A DNA stretch of 64,000 bases from a virus. Positions 29,848 to 38,500 of this stretch are shown here, piece after piece (position 1 is the stretch's first letter; every line of letters begins with the position of its first letter). The notes below the pieces were generated by a model. It was not told the origin of the DNA, made no database searches, and saw only the letters and a program-made list of their open reading frames with translations. Both the position numbers and the translations under genes were made by a program. The stretch is from the IMG/VR virus record IMGVR_UViG_3300006921_000010, positions 7,768-71,767 of that record; one strand, given 5' to 3'.

Positions 29848-30475
29848 TCGCCTTCTGAACTTTAGTTTTGGTCGGCGACAACGGTAGGCAAGGATAGGTT
29901 GAAATATACCTATTCTTGTCTCCAAAACTTCTGGTTCTATGGACAAAGTTTAGAACCATATGGTCACACTAAAGATGTGCCTCAATTTGTGGATACGCAG
30001 ATATTCTTATTCTTTGTCGTTCATAACATATCATCTCCTGAATATCTGCTACCATATGGTAGTCCATAATGAATGGAATGAAAAGGTTTAGGACTTACCC
30101 GAGGGGTTTTTTAGGGTATGCACAAGGACGATTCTCTTGTGCTTAATGCACACTCTCTGCCACCATATGGTTGTAGAGTAATAAAAAAAGAATAGCGTGT
30201 TGTAGAGCGAGGGCATCGAGGTGGTGCCGCGCAGTATATATACTAACTCGATTTGATTGTAATGTCGGCGGCAATTAAAATCTAATGGCCTGTTAAACAC
30301 GCATTCCGCCAATGGCCTATTTATACCTATTACATTTAATGGCTTAATTTATTATACAGTGAATAAGCATAGTTTAGGATTAATGAACCGAGAAGGCTAT
30401 CTATGTATAATATATCTCTTATCTTATACACATATCAATATGGCATATCCTATATGATATGATAGTTTATCGAAT

Positions 30476-30755
30476 ACGTTTCTAATTTCTAATTTGGATT
30501 GGAAATGAGTTTGCTCAAAATGAGTGGGTTAGGGTATAGTAAGTATGTTAAAATTATATATTTATAATATTATAATATTTCTAACTAATATATATAACAA
30601 CTACCTACCTACCTACCTACCTACCTACCCTGATGGGGGGTTAGAAACGTTAGAAATTAGAAATGACAGTCAAAACAAGTTAAATTGTATCAGTTATCAT
30701 AGAGTATCTGGTGCAAAATGTGTTTCCAATGGGATTAGAATAAGGTTAGAAATGC
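30476..30755. other. Candidate replication origin: AT-rich core, inverted TTAGAAA repeats, (CTAC)7 tract and G-string
   Basis: TTTCTAA at 30479, 30486 and 30578; TTAGAAA at 30641, 30650, 30657 and 30746; nearly pure AT at 30548-30600; CTAC x7 at 30601-30628; G6 at 30635-30640. Confidence 0.45.
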
Positions 30756-30834
30756 TTCTTGCCCTACTGCTGTATTATTCTGTCCAAGAAGACATTGCGC
30801 GCTTGCTTTTAACACAAAAAGGAGAATAAAAGAA

Positions 30835-31392
30835 ATGGTATTAACCAAGAAAGAAGAAAAGAAAATAATTAAACGATATAAAGAAGGTATGAAAACAAAG
30901 GACATAGCATTAGAGTTAAATGTTAATCAAAGTAAAGTAACTTCTAAGATTTACCACCTACAAGGGTTAGGTATTTTACCTAAGAGATATGGTAAAGATA
31001 AAGTGTCTAGGAAACATATTATGATGAATAATTTAAACTATACACCAAAGACAGTAACAACACAAAAGAAGTTGAAACAAGGTGCTTTACCAAACACACA
31101 AACAAAGGCTATAAAAGACAGGCAAGTGCTTGGTGAGAACCAGGTCAAAATAGCAGGACTTATGGATGAAATTAAGACAATGCTTTTGGCTAAAAATGTT
31201 CAGTATGGCGACTCCGCTTTACAGCCAGTTAGAGTCTTTTCTACGGCTGACACAACTGAACAAATCAAGGTAAGAATTGATGATAAAATTAATAGAATTG
31301 TGCAAGGTAATGATAGTATGGAATCAGATGAAGATGTGATTAAAGACTTGATAGGTTATCTTGTATTATTACTCATAAATATGAGAGAGTAA
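30835..31392 (+). CDS. HTH fused to a DUF1599/Nmad1-like nucleotide-modification-associated domain
   Basis: N-terminal EGMKTKDIALELNV HTH; C-terminal KNVQYGDS...RIDDKINRI...DLIGYLVLL. Confidence 0.7.
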   Translation: MVLTKKEEKKIIKRYKEGMKTKDIALELNVNQSKVTSKIYHLQGLGILPKRYGKDKVSRKHIMMNNLNYTPKTVTTQKKLKQGALPNTQTKAIKDRQVLGENQVKIAGLMDEIKTMLLAKNVQYGDSALQPVRVFSTADTTEQIKVRIDDKINRIVQGNDSMESDEDVIKDLIGYLVLLLINMRE

Positions 31393-31402
31393 AACTCACA
31401 CG

Positions 31403-31552
31403 TTGAGTTAGGTTTGTCCGTTAAAAAGATGAATAATGTTGGTATATCAAATGGTTATTTGAAGTCTCATAGGTTGTATCAAAATGCAACTAGGACTAGG
31501 CGACACTGACAACTTCACACTGCAATGTGAAGGTCTTATCTTCCTAACTCAA
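31403..31552 (+). ncRNA. Putative ~150 nt structured RNA or leader
   Basis: TTGAGTTAGG (31403-31412) pairs with CCTAACTCAA (31543-31552), enclosing three hairpins; intergenic. Confidence 0.4.
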
Positions 31553-31573
31553 TAATATAACAGAGGAATTAAA

Positions 31574-31762
31574 ATGGATATAATAGATGAAATAAATAAT
31601 GGAACACAAATACTAATCTTGCGAGACCCTGTACCCAAAGGTAAATTGGGAATATCGTTTATCTTCGATGACGACAAAAGGTTTAACGGAACATTAGATA
31701 TGTTAAAACACAAGCAATTGATACTCGATATTGCTGAAGCATTTGGAGATGAAGAGGAATGA
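31574..31762 (+). CDS. Hypothetical protein
   Basis: 62 aa, GAGG SD. Confidence 0.5.
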   Translation: MDIIDEINNGTQILILRDPVPKGKLGISFIFDDDKRFNGTLDMLKHKQLILDIAEAFGDEEE

Positions 31763-32013
31763 AATTAGAAAACATGACAAGAAAACAATTGCTTGAACAT
31801 ATTGAAGAATTAAGTAAAGAATGTAATGCATTATGGAGTATTACAGATTGTTGGACTATGTGTAGGGATGACTATACCATGCACGACCAATACGAAAACC
31901 TCGATGATAAATACGCCTATGATGACTTCAATGGCGTTATCATCCTCAAAGAGTTGTATGATTACACAGAAGAAGATGGCTACCAATTAAAAGAAATAGA
32001 GGTGGAAGAATGA
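31759..32013 (+). CDS. Hypothetical protein
   Basis: 84 aa, ATGA overlap. Confidence 0.5.
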   Translation: MKLENMTRKQLLEHIEELSKECNALWSITDCWTMCRDDYTMHDQYENLDDKYAYDDFNGVIILKELYDYTEEDGYQLKEIEVEE

Positions 32014-32127
32014 AATGTGGAGAATGCGTAAAAGGTATAATAATGAAACAGATAGCGATATCTGAATGGAGTGCGGAACCATGCACTTGCACAATAAATA
32101 ATTGGTTCAATGAATTAAAACAAAGGA

Positions 32128-32526
32128 ATGATTAAAATGACGAAAAGTTGGAAGAAAGAAAACACACAAAGAATGAGAGTAACTTATACTTATGACAAGT
32201 ATAAGGAAGCGGAAGAGTATAAAGATACTTTCCGTGTAATAGAAGGAACATTAGCATATGTAAATATGCCAATGGCTAACTCCTTCTTGAATATAGTAGA
32301 CGAAAATACAGGCAAAGTAGTAAGTATTGCATTCGGATTAATATTGAAAATTGAATGGGATACCATGCCAAAGTGGACTCAACTATCAGAATCACAAGTA
32401 GTAGATTCTGCTACAATGAGATTGAAGAACCTAGATAATGAACTAGAGATTCAAAGAAATAACATGGCTCAACAGGAAGCATTGTCAGAAATGCTTGACA
32501 AAAGCGGCGTATCGGAGAGTAATTAA
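32128..32526 (+). CDS. Hypothetical protein
   Basis: 132 aa in early operon. Confidence 0.5.
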   Translation: MIKMTKSWKKENTQRMRVTYTYDKYKEAEEYKDTFRVIEGTLAYVNMPMANSFLNIVDENTGKVVSIAFGLILKIEWDTMPKWTQLSESQVVDSATMRLKNLDNELEIQRNNMAQQEALSEMLDKSGVSESN

Positions 32527-32773
32527 TATGGCTATGACACAAGAAAGAAAAGTAGTAGAGTTTACCTATATCGAGAATGAGGAGATGCCTCCCATCATTA
32601 TAACGATGGATGAGGATGATAAACCAAAGGTAGTAATTAACAGATGTCATACAATTTGGCTGTCTTTGAATAGAAAACTTATAGGTGGCATCTCAGAGGA
32701 GTTATTCGGTAAGATAGATGACTTGCTTTCAGGTCATTTGAAAGAACAAAGAATGTATGAAACAATGGAGTAG
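32495..32773 (+). CDS. Hypothetical protein (likely start MAMTQERK)
   Basis: ORF in operon. Confidence 0.5.
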   Translation: MTKAAYRRVINMAMTQERKVVEFTYIENEEMPPIIITMDEDDKPKVVINRCHTIWLSLNRKLIGGISEELFGKIDDLLSGHLKEQRMYETME

Positions 32774-32799
32774 AATATGTCAGGTATAATAAAAATAAA

Positions 32800-33096
32800 G
32801 TGTCCAGAATGCGACAAATGGATGAGACAGGCCGTGGATTTATGTCCAGATTGTCGAGTCTTTTTAATATCAGTAAAGGAGGAAGAGGAATGAATAATAA
32901 GTTTAAAACAGCAAGAGGCCATACGGTAATACATCACGGTGCAATCTGTGCGTATACAGAAGTAGTAGAAAGAACACCACGTAAAGTAATGGGTAGTTAT
33001 GAAACTACTTATATTGACGTTCACTTACATAGTGGAACGGTGTTTACAATTCAACCAGAAGATGTCGAAAGATTTCTTGAATGGATGAAAGAATAA
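32800..33096 (+). CDS. Hypothetical protein (likely start MNNKFK)
   Basis: GGAGG SD before the internal ATG. Confidence 0.45.
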   Translation: MSRMRQMDETGRGFMSRLSSLFNISKGGRGMNNKFKTARGHTVIHHGAICAYTEVVERTPRKVMGSYETTYIDVHLHSGTVFTIQPEDVERFLEWMKE

Positions 33097-33257
33097 GGAG
33101 GAAATAAAAATGCAAATAAATCAATGCGAATGCGGAAAAATAATAAGTATGAATAAAACAAAATGCAAGTCTTGTAATGTTAAGGTGATGGCGTGATATG
33201 CCCTTGCTGTAATAGAATATTACCAGACTACAAGTATTACGATATAGAATTGAAGAA

Positions 33258-34415
33258 GTGTCGAGTAACGGTGATGAAATGAGAAGAGAATTAGGAACAG
33301 GAAGATGGGACAAGAAACTAATCCAGAATATGGTTGAGTTATCTGTATCAGACAACTACGAAGAGGCTAAACATGAATGGATAGCAACCGGAGAAGTTTG
33401 GTGGAATCAATTAAGTGCAGTACCAGATTGGGCGGCTAAACATCAGAACAATTGTCTATGCGGTCATGATATAGTATATCATTTTGAGATTCTTAATACT
33501 GAGAATGGAACAAGAGAGTGTGTTGGTTCAGACCACATCAATTCATATCTAATCTTTAGAGCAATCAAGGAAGATAATCCTTCATTGTCTGACGACATGA
33601 TAACTGATGACATGATTGAAGAGTGGATTAATGTTAGAGTCGAAGCACTAAAACAGAAAGTTTGGTGGAGAGAAAACGGTGAACAATTCACACTAATGTT
33701 TGATAGAGTTAAAGACCTAGACTTACGAGTTAATGTAAGAAAGAAAGGTAGACACTATGACTCTGACTTACAATTATATAGAGATACTACCTTCATTAGA
33801 AAGGTATCTAAATATGATTTTGGGGACTTAGATTATCAAATGGCTAGTATAGTTTGGAGGTGGAATCACCCAGATAACCCTAAAGCACAGATAAATAGAA
33901 AGGGTTTTCCTAACCAAAAACTATGGAATGACCTATTAATGTTCTACTTTAATGTAGAGAAAGCAGAAGCAATTGTCAAAAAAGAAGACGATTTTGTTGA
34001 ACGTAGAACATTTACTCTAAAGAAACACAAGGAAAATCAGATTAACATCAGAAATGAACAAAGAAAAAGGCGAATTAAAGTAGCAAATAAAGTGCATGAG
34101 ATTACATTTGAACCATTTTTTGTAGAATGTTGTGATTTCTATGGAGTAAAACCATTCATTAAAGAGCAAGGAAGAAACACTTGGGAAGAAAACTTCTTAA
34201 ATAATGCTAAGAAGTTAATAGTATCAGGACATACCCTGACGGAAGGACAAGTCTCTACACTATGGAATATATTAGATGGTGATAGTAGACAACAACAAGC
34301 AACTCAAAAGCAGAAGGAGTATTTAGTTAGGCTAGGTTATGAAGGCGATGTAGACGAACTAACGAAACATGAAGCAAGCGAGCAAATTAAAAGACTAAAA
34401 GGAAATTGGAGTTGA
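33258..34415 (+). CDS. Hypothetical protein with Zn-binding N-terminal domain
   Basis: CLCGH.I...I.N..NG....VGSDHI motif; C-terminal ATQKQKEYL...LTKHEASEQI. Confidence 0.6.
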   Translation: MSSNGDEMRRELGTGRWDKKLIQNMVELSVSDNYEEAKHEWIATGEVWWNQLSAVPDWAAKHQNNCLCGHDIVYHFEILNTENGTRECVGSDHINSYLIFRAIKEDNPSLSDDMITDDMIEEWINVRVEALKQKVWWRENGEQFTLMFDRVKDLDLRVNVRKKGRHYDSDLQLYRDTTFIRKVSKYDFGDLDYQMASIVWRWNHPDNPKAQINRKGFPNQKLWNDLLMFYFNVEKAEAIVKKEDDFVERRTFTLKKHKENQINIRNEQRKRRIKVANKVHEITFEPFFVECCDFYGVKPFIKEQGRNTWEENFLNNAKKLIVSGHTLTEGQVSTLWNILDGDSRQQQATQKQKEYLVRLGYEGDVDELTKHEASEQIKRLKGNWS

Positions 34416-34419
34416 AAAA

Positions 34420-34665
34420 ATGGAAAAGAAAGATAAAGGTAAAAGTAAGAAAGAGTTAGAATTAGAATTGGATATGTTAATTGAATCGAATGTTGAACAA
34501 CAGAATCAACTTCAACAATTGAGTCAAGCATACCAGACTATTCTAAATGCGAACACAAACTTAAGTGTTCTAGTAGATAAATATGAAGAAACAATCAACT
34601 TGCTAACTGCAAGATTGATAGAAACAAAACGCGATGTAAGAGTAGCATCTGAGGAGTCGAGGTAA
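34420..34665 (+). CDS. Coiled-coil hypothetical protein
   Basis: 81 aa heptad-rich. Confidence 0.5.
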   Translation: MEKKDKGKSKKELELELDMLIESNVEQQNQLQQLSQAYQTILNANTNLSVLVDKYEETINLLTARLIETKRDVRVASEESR

Positions 34666-34705
34666 GGTTAATAGACCTACCTTAATAAGAGAAAAATAAG
34701 AGGAA

Positions 34706-34918
34706 ATGAAAATGTTATTAACAATAATTAATGAAACAGGACATACAGAATTAGTGAGCCAAACGGCATCACAAGTAATAGACCAGATAAACGACCACCC
34801 ATCTCATTGGGTGATTATTGATGGTGATTTGACATCAAGAGAAATGATTTCAGAAGTAAGTTGGGATACTGTAACATCAGTAGACCTTATTCCGGCAATA
34901 GTCGGCGGAACACAGTAA
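34706..34918 (+). CDS. Ubiquitin-like beta-grasp protein (ThiS/MoaD/SAMP-like)
   Basis: 70 aa ending VDLIPAIVGG-TQ, the ThiS/MoaD-type C-terminal di-glycine followed by two extra residues. Confidence 0.7.
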   Translation: MKMLLTIINETGHTELVSQTASQVIDQINDHPSHWVIIDGDLTSREMISEVSWDTVTSVDLIPAIVGGTQ

Positions 34919-34927
34919 GCGTTCCAT

Positions 34928-34976
34928 CTTGAGGGTTGGGTAGTAGATGCCTTCACTACCCACCCTCCTACCAAGA
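34928..34976 (+). other. Strong hairpin immediately after the Ubl gene
   Basis: AGGGT-TGGGTAGT...ACTACCCA-CCCT stem, closed by TCTTG/CAAGA. Confidence 0.5.
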
Positions 34977-35369
34977 GGCATTATCATGCTTAAAGACAAT
35001 ATTAATTTTATAGATAAAGACGTATTCCCTACGCTGATGGAAATATTCGGTTGGAATGCAAAAGAAGATTTCTTGACTTACAAGGACATGGCTGTTGTTA
35101 GAGCAGACTTTTATCCTACGGGTCATGTATTCGCTTTCAGTCATAAGGCTGTTATCGTTTGTGATGGTAAGATGAGTATCACCTACAAAGGTGAAACTTA
35201 TACAGACTTTTCAGAATTAGAGAAAAGATATGGAACCAAAGCAATATCCACATTTCCAAAGTGGGAGATTAAAATGGAAAAACAATGGACTGTTAAAAAG
35301 AACGGTCAATGGGTGGCGGCATTCACCAATCTAGCAGAAATGCCATATAGACAAGCATTGAGGTGCTAA
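34947..35369 (+). CDS. Hypothetical protein (likely start MLKDNINF)
   Basis: ORF in operon. Confidence 0.5.
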   Translation: MPSLPTLLPRGIIMLKDNINFIDKDVFPTLMEIFGWNAKEDFLTYKDMAVVRADFYPTGHVFAFSHKAVIVCDGKMSITYKGETYTDFSELEKRYGTKAISTFPKWEIKMEKQWTVKKNGQWVAAFTNLAEMPYRQALRC

Positions 35370-35370
35370 T

Positions 35371-37302
35371 ATGAGTAAACAAATAAATACAATCAAAAAA
35401 CCAAATGATGACGACAAGGCAAGTAAGATAATGAGCGACATTACAGTATATATGAAATATGCTAAATGGCTTCCATCTGACTTTAGGAAAGAAACATGGA
35501 AAGAGATTTGTGATAGAAATATGCAAATGCATCTAAGAAAAATTGATTCTTTACCTGCTACCGGCGAAGATATGAGAGAGTTAATGAGAAAAGAAATCAT
35601 AAACATTTATGATAACTTTGTAGTTACTCACAAAATACTTCCATCAATGCGTTCAATGCAATATGCAGGTAAGGCAATAGAAGTATCACCTAATTCAATT
35701 TACAACTGTGCTTATATGCCAGTAGATTCAGCAGAATGCTTTCATGAATGTATGTTCTTATTGATGAATGGGACAGGAGTAGGATACTCTGTTCAAAGAC
35801 ACCATGTAGAACAACTACCTGAGATACAATTACCAAATGTTAATAGAACAAGAAAGATAGTAATTCAAGACTCTATCATTGGTTGGGCTGATGCAGTTAA
35901 AGAATTGTTTAGGTCATATACAGGTGAGTTAAGTCAAACTCCTAGATTCATTTATGATGATATTAGACCTAAAGGGACACGACTCAAAACTAGAGGAGGT
36001 CAAGCACCTGGCCCACAACCATTGAAAGAATGTATGCTTAAAGTAGAACATATACTTCAAAGCAAAACTAATGGTGATAAACTTACAACATTAGAATGTC
36101 ATGATATTATGTGTCATATTGCTGATGCAGTTACAGCAGGTGGTAATAGACGAGCCGCATTAATTAGTTTATTTAGTGCTGACGACCAACACATGATTAA
36201 CTGTAAAGCAGGTGATTTCTATGTTGATAATGCACAAAGATTTAGAGCAAATAATTCTGCTGTATTATTAAGACATAGAGTAACTAAACCATTCTTTGAT
36301 GGATTGTGGAAACGTGTGCAAGCAGGTGGTTCTGGAGAGCCAGGAATATACCTAACTAATGACAAAGATTGGGGAACAAATCCTTGTTGTGAAATAGCAC
36401 TTAGACCATATCAATTCTGTAATCTTACAGAAGTTAATTCATCAACAGTAGAAAGCCAAGAGGACTTAGAAGAGAGAGTAAAAGCGGCAACTATTTTAGG
36501 CACAATGCAAGCAACATATACTGACTTCCATTACCTTAGAGATATATGGAGGACTACTACTGAAAAAGACGCACTGCTAGGTGTTTCTATGACAGGATTA
36601 GCGTCTAATAGGTTGAAGGGATTAGACGTTACAGGAATGGCTGTAATGGCTAAAGAAGTGAATAGACATTGGGCTACAATGTTGCGTATTAATCCGGCGG
36701 CAAGAGTAACTTGTGTTAAGCCATCTGGGACTGCTTCTATGGTATTAGGTTCCTCATCAGGAATACATGCTTGGCATGATGAATATTATATTAGAAGAAT
36801 TAGAGTTGGTAAGACAGAAGCAATCTGCACATATCTAACTAACAACCATCCTGAACTTATTGTAGATGATGAGTTTAACCCTGATGGTAGAATAATAGAG
36901 ATACCGCAGAAAGCACCAGAAGGTGCATTAATCAAAAGGAATGAAAGCACCTTTGATTTCTTAGAGAGAGTGAAGGAGACTTCAGTAGGTTGGGTTAAAC
37001 ACGGTCATAGTAACGGCCAGAATACTCACAATGTATCTGCAACAGTTTACATTGACAAAGACCAATGGGATGACGTAGGAACATGGATGTGGAATAACAG
37101 ACATTTCTACAATGGACTATCATGCTTTCCAAATGATGATAGTGTATATGTTCAAGCACCTTTTGAATCATGTGATAAAGATACATATGATAGAATGTTT
37201 GAATATCTTAAAGAAGTAGATTTAACAAAAATAATAGAGTATGAAGATGATAGTAATTTTGGCGTAGACCCTGCTTGTGCGGGTGGTGTGTGTGAGATAT
37301 AA
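35371..37302 (+). CDS. nrdJ: Class II (B12-dependent) ribonucleotide reductase
   Basis: PSMR, NCAY, GTGVG, TNPCCEI, CNL, KPSGT and C-terminal CAGGVC; no beta subunit seen. Confidence 0.9.
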   Translation: MSKQINTIKKPNDDDKASKIMSDITVYMKYAKWLPSDFRKETWKEICDRNMQMHLRKIDSLPATGEDMRELMRKEIINIYDNFVVTHKILPSMRSMQYAGKAIEVSPNSIYNCAYMPVDSAECFHECMFLLMNGTGVGYSVQRHHVEQLPEIQLPNVNRTRKIVIQDSIIGWADAVKELFRSYTGELSQTPRFIYDDIRPKGTRLKTRGGQAPGPQPLKECMLKVEHILQSKTNGDKLTTLECHDIMCHIADAVTAGGNRRAALISLFSADDQHMINCKAGDFYVDNAQRFRANNSAVLLRHRVTKPFFDGLWKRVQAGGSGEPGIYLTNDKDWGTNPCCEIALRPYQFCNLTEVNSSTVESQEDLEERVKAATILGTMQATYTDFHYLRDIWRTTTEKDALLGVSMTGLASNRLKGLDVTGMAVMAKEVNRHWATMLRINPAARVTCVKPSGTASMVLGSSSGIHAWHDEYYIRRIRVGKTEAICTYLTNNHPELIVDDEFNPDGRIIEIPQKAPEGALIKRNESTFDFLERVKETSVGWVKHGHSNGQNTHNVSATVYIDKDQWDDVGTWMWNNRHFYNGLSCFPNDDSVYVQAPFESCDKDTYDRMFEYLKEVDLTKIIEYEDDSNFGVDPACAGGVCEI

Positions 37303-37639
37303 TCATCATTACAAATACAAAGGTTTCACATCTACTGATGTTAAAATGATATACCCTTTTCTACTAGAGAAGGTAATGACTGTTGAGCATATTCTACCCT
37401 CATCAAGAGACCGTGTGGGTAAATATGCTTACAGGAATAAAGACCAGATGGTTGATTCTTTTATACAAGCATCAACTGATGTGATAGATGGTAATTGTGG
37501 TGCTGAATATTATCTTAACTTTGTTAGAAGAATATTTATAGCATCATCATTATCACCAAGTAATAGCAAGTTTTACTTGGAGATAGCAGAATTGAAACAA
37601 CTTGCAGAATATATAGAGGCGAATAAAAATGAAGTTTAG
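37277..37639 (+). CDS. Hypothetical protein
   Basis: 120 aa in operon. Confidence 0.45.
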   Translation: MRVVCVRYNHHYKYKGFTSTDVKMIYPFLLEKVMTVEHILPSSRDRVGKYAYRNKDQMVDSFIQASTDVIDGNCGAEYYLNFVRRIFIASSLSPSNSKFYLEIAELKQLAEYIEANKNEV

Positions 37640-38108
37640 TGATTGTAAATGTGGATGTAATAAGTTCAATTTAGATATGAAAGGAAAAATGATATGTCAA
37701 GCGTGTGGTGCTGAGTTTAAACCATTTGAAGCAGAAATGCATAAGGTGATTAAAGACGATGGCTTCCATTATTTTTGGGCTGTGTTTACACCCCATTTTA
37801 TGGAACGATTAACTGAGAGAATCCCAGGTGCTGAAGTAGAAGATGTGTTAGAGATTGCATCGGCAATAGAGAAGAAAGCAAAGAGAAAGAAGTTTCAATG
37901 CACCAGATGGAAAGACAGACATATCATATGGAAATATAGATATAACGAGAAGCGTAAAAGACTTGAGTTAGAGTTTATCAGCGTAATACCTGTAAATAAG
38001 TTTACCACTAGATTAGACAATGGATACTTTGTTAAAGATATACAATATGTCGAAATAGAAACTAAGGAGGAATCTAAATGCAAAACAATAAAAATGAACA
38101 AGAAATAA
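37629..38108 (+). CDS. Zn-ribbon plus DUF4258/RelE-like domain protein
   Basis: CKCGC...CQACG, then FTPHFMERLTER...EFISVI. Confidence 0.45.
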   Translation: MKFSDCKCGCNKFNLDMKGKMICQACGAEFKPFEAEMHKVIKDDGFHYFWAVFTPHFMERLTERIPGAEVEDVLEIASAIEKKAKRKKFQCTRWKDRHIIWKYRYNEKRKRLELEFISVIPVNKFTTRLDNGYFVKDIQYVEIETKEESKCKTIKMNKK

Positions 38109-38500
38109 AACAACAAGAAGAATTACAAGCGAAGTATGATTCATTTATGAAATCAGACTTACTTAAAGGACTTAAGAAATATCTAAAAGATAACAACAGA
38201 ATCAGAAATAAATCTGATGGTTTTGGTAGAAGGAAAGGTAATGGATTAGAAAGACCATGTATTAATGGTAAATATTATTCATGGAACTCCTTTACTAAAC
38301 TCCCTAAAGATGCAGTATTAGTTTATTGTCTGATGACAGGTTGTGATTTAGATTACTTACTAGCCCTACAAAAGAGAGGTTGGTTTGATGTGAATAAGAA
38401 ACTTAGAGCGCAAGCCCGTAAAGATGGTAAAGAGATTATAGGCGTATCTGGAGGATTTCTAATCAAACCTAAAGGTTGGAAAGGTGAAACTAATGTTTAG
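38078..38500 (+). CDS. Basic hypothetical protein
   Basis: 140 aa, GGAGG SD. Confidence 0.5.
   Translation: MQNNKNEQEIKQQEELQAKYDSFMKSDLLKGLKKYLKDNNRIRNKSDGFGRRKGNGLERPCINGKYYSWNSFTKLPKDAVLVYCLMTGCDLDYLLALQKRGWFDVNKKLRAQARKDGKEIIGVSGGFLIKPKGWKGETNV

Larger units (their letters stand above)
23905..30170. repeat. Array of CCATATGG palindromes delimiting hairpin-rich units and gene cassettes
   Basis: Exact CCATATGG starts at 24218, 24644, 24991, 25300, 25796, 25946, 26050, 26353, 26516, 27245, 27392, 27579, 27771, 27879, 27979, 28144, 28437, 28853, 29025, 29232, 29956, 30052 and 30163; one-mismatch copies at 23905, 24390 and 24530. Confidence 0.92.

Noticed and set aside
23905-30170. CRISPR array or TIGR-like array
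   Set aside because: The repeat is only 8-10 bp, spacing is 100-730 bp and irregular, and some units contain genes. No cas1/cas2 or Nop-domain gene is recognisable.
30545-30829. 94 aa ORF with a PTYL repeat
   Set aside because: It is a translation of the AT-rich stretch and the (CTAC)n tract; more plausibly non-coding.
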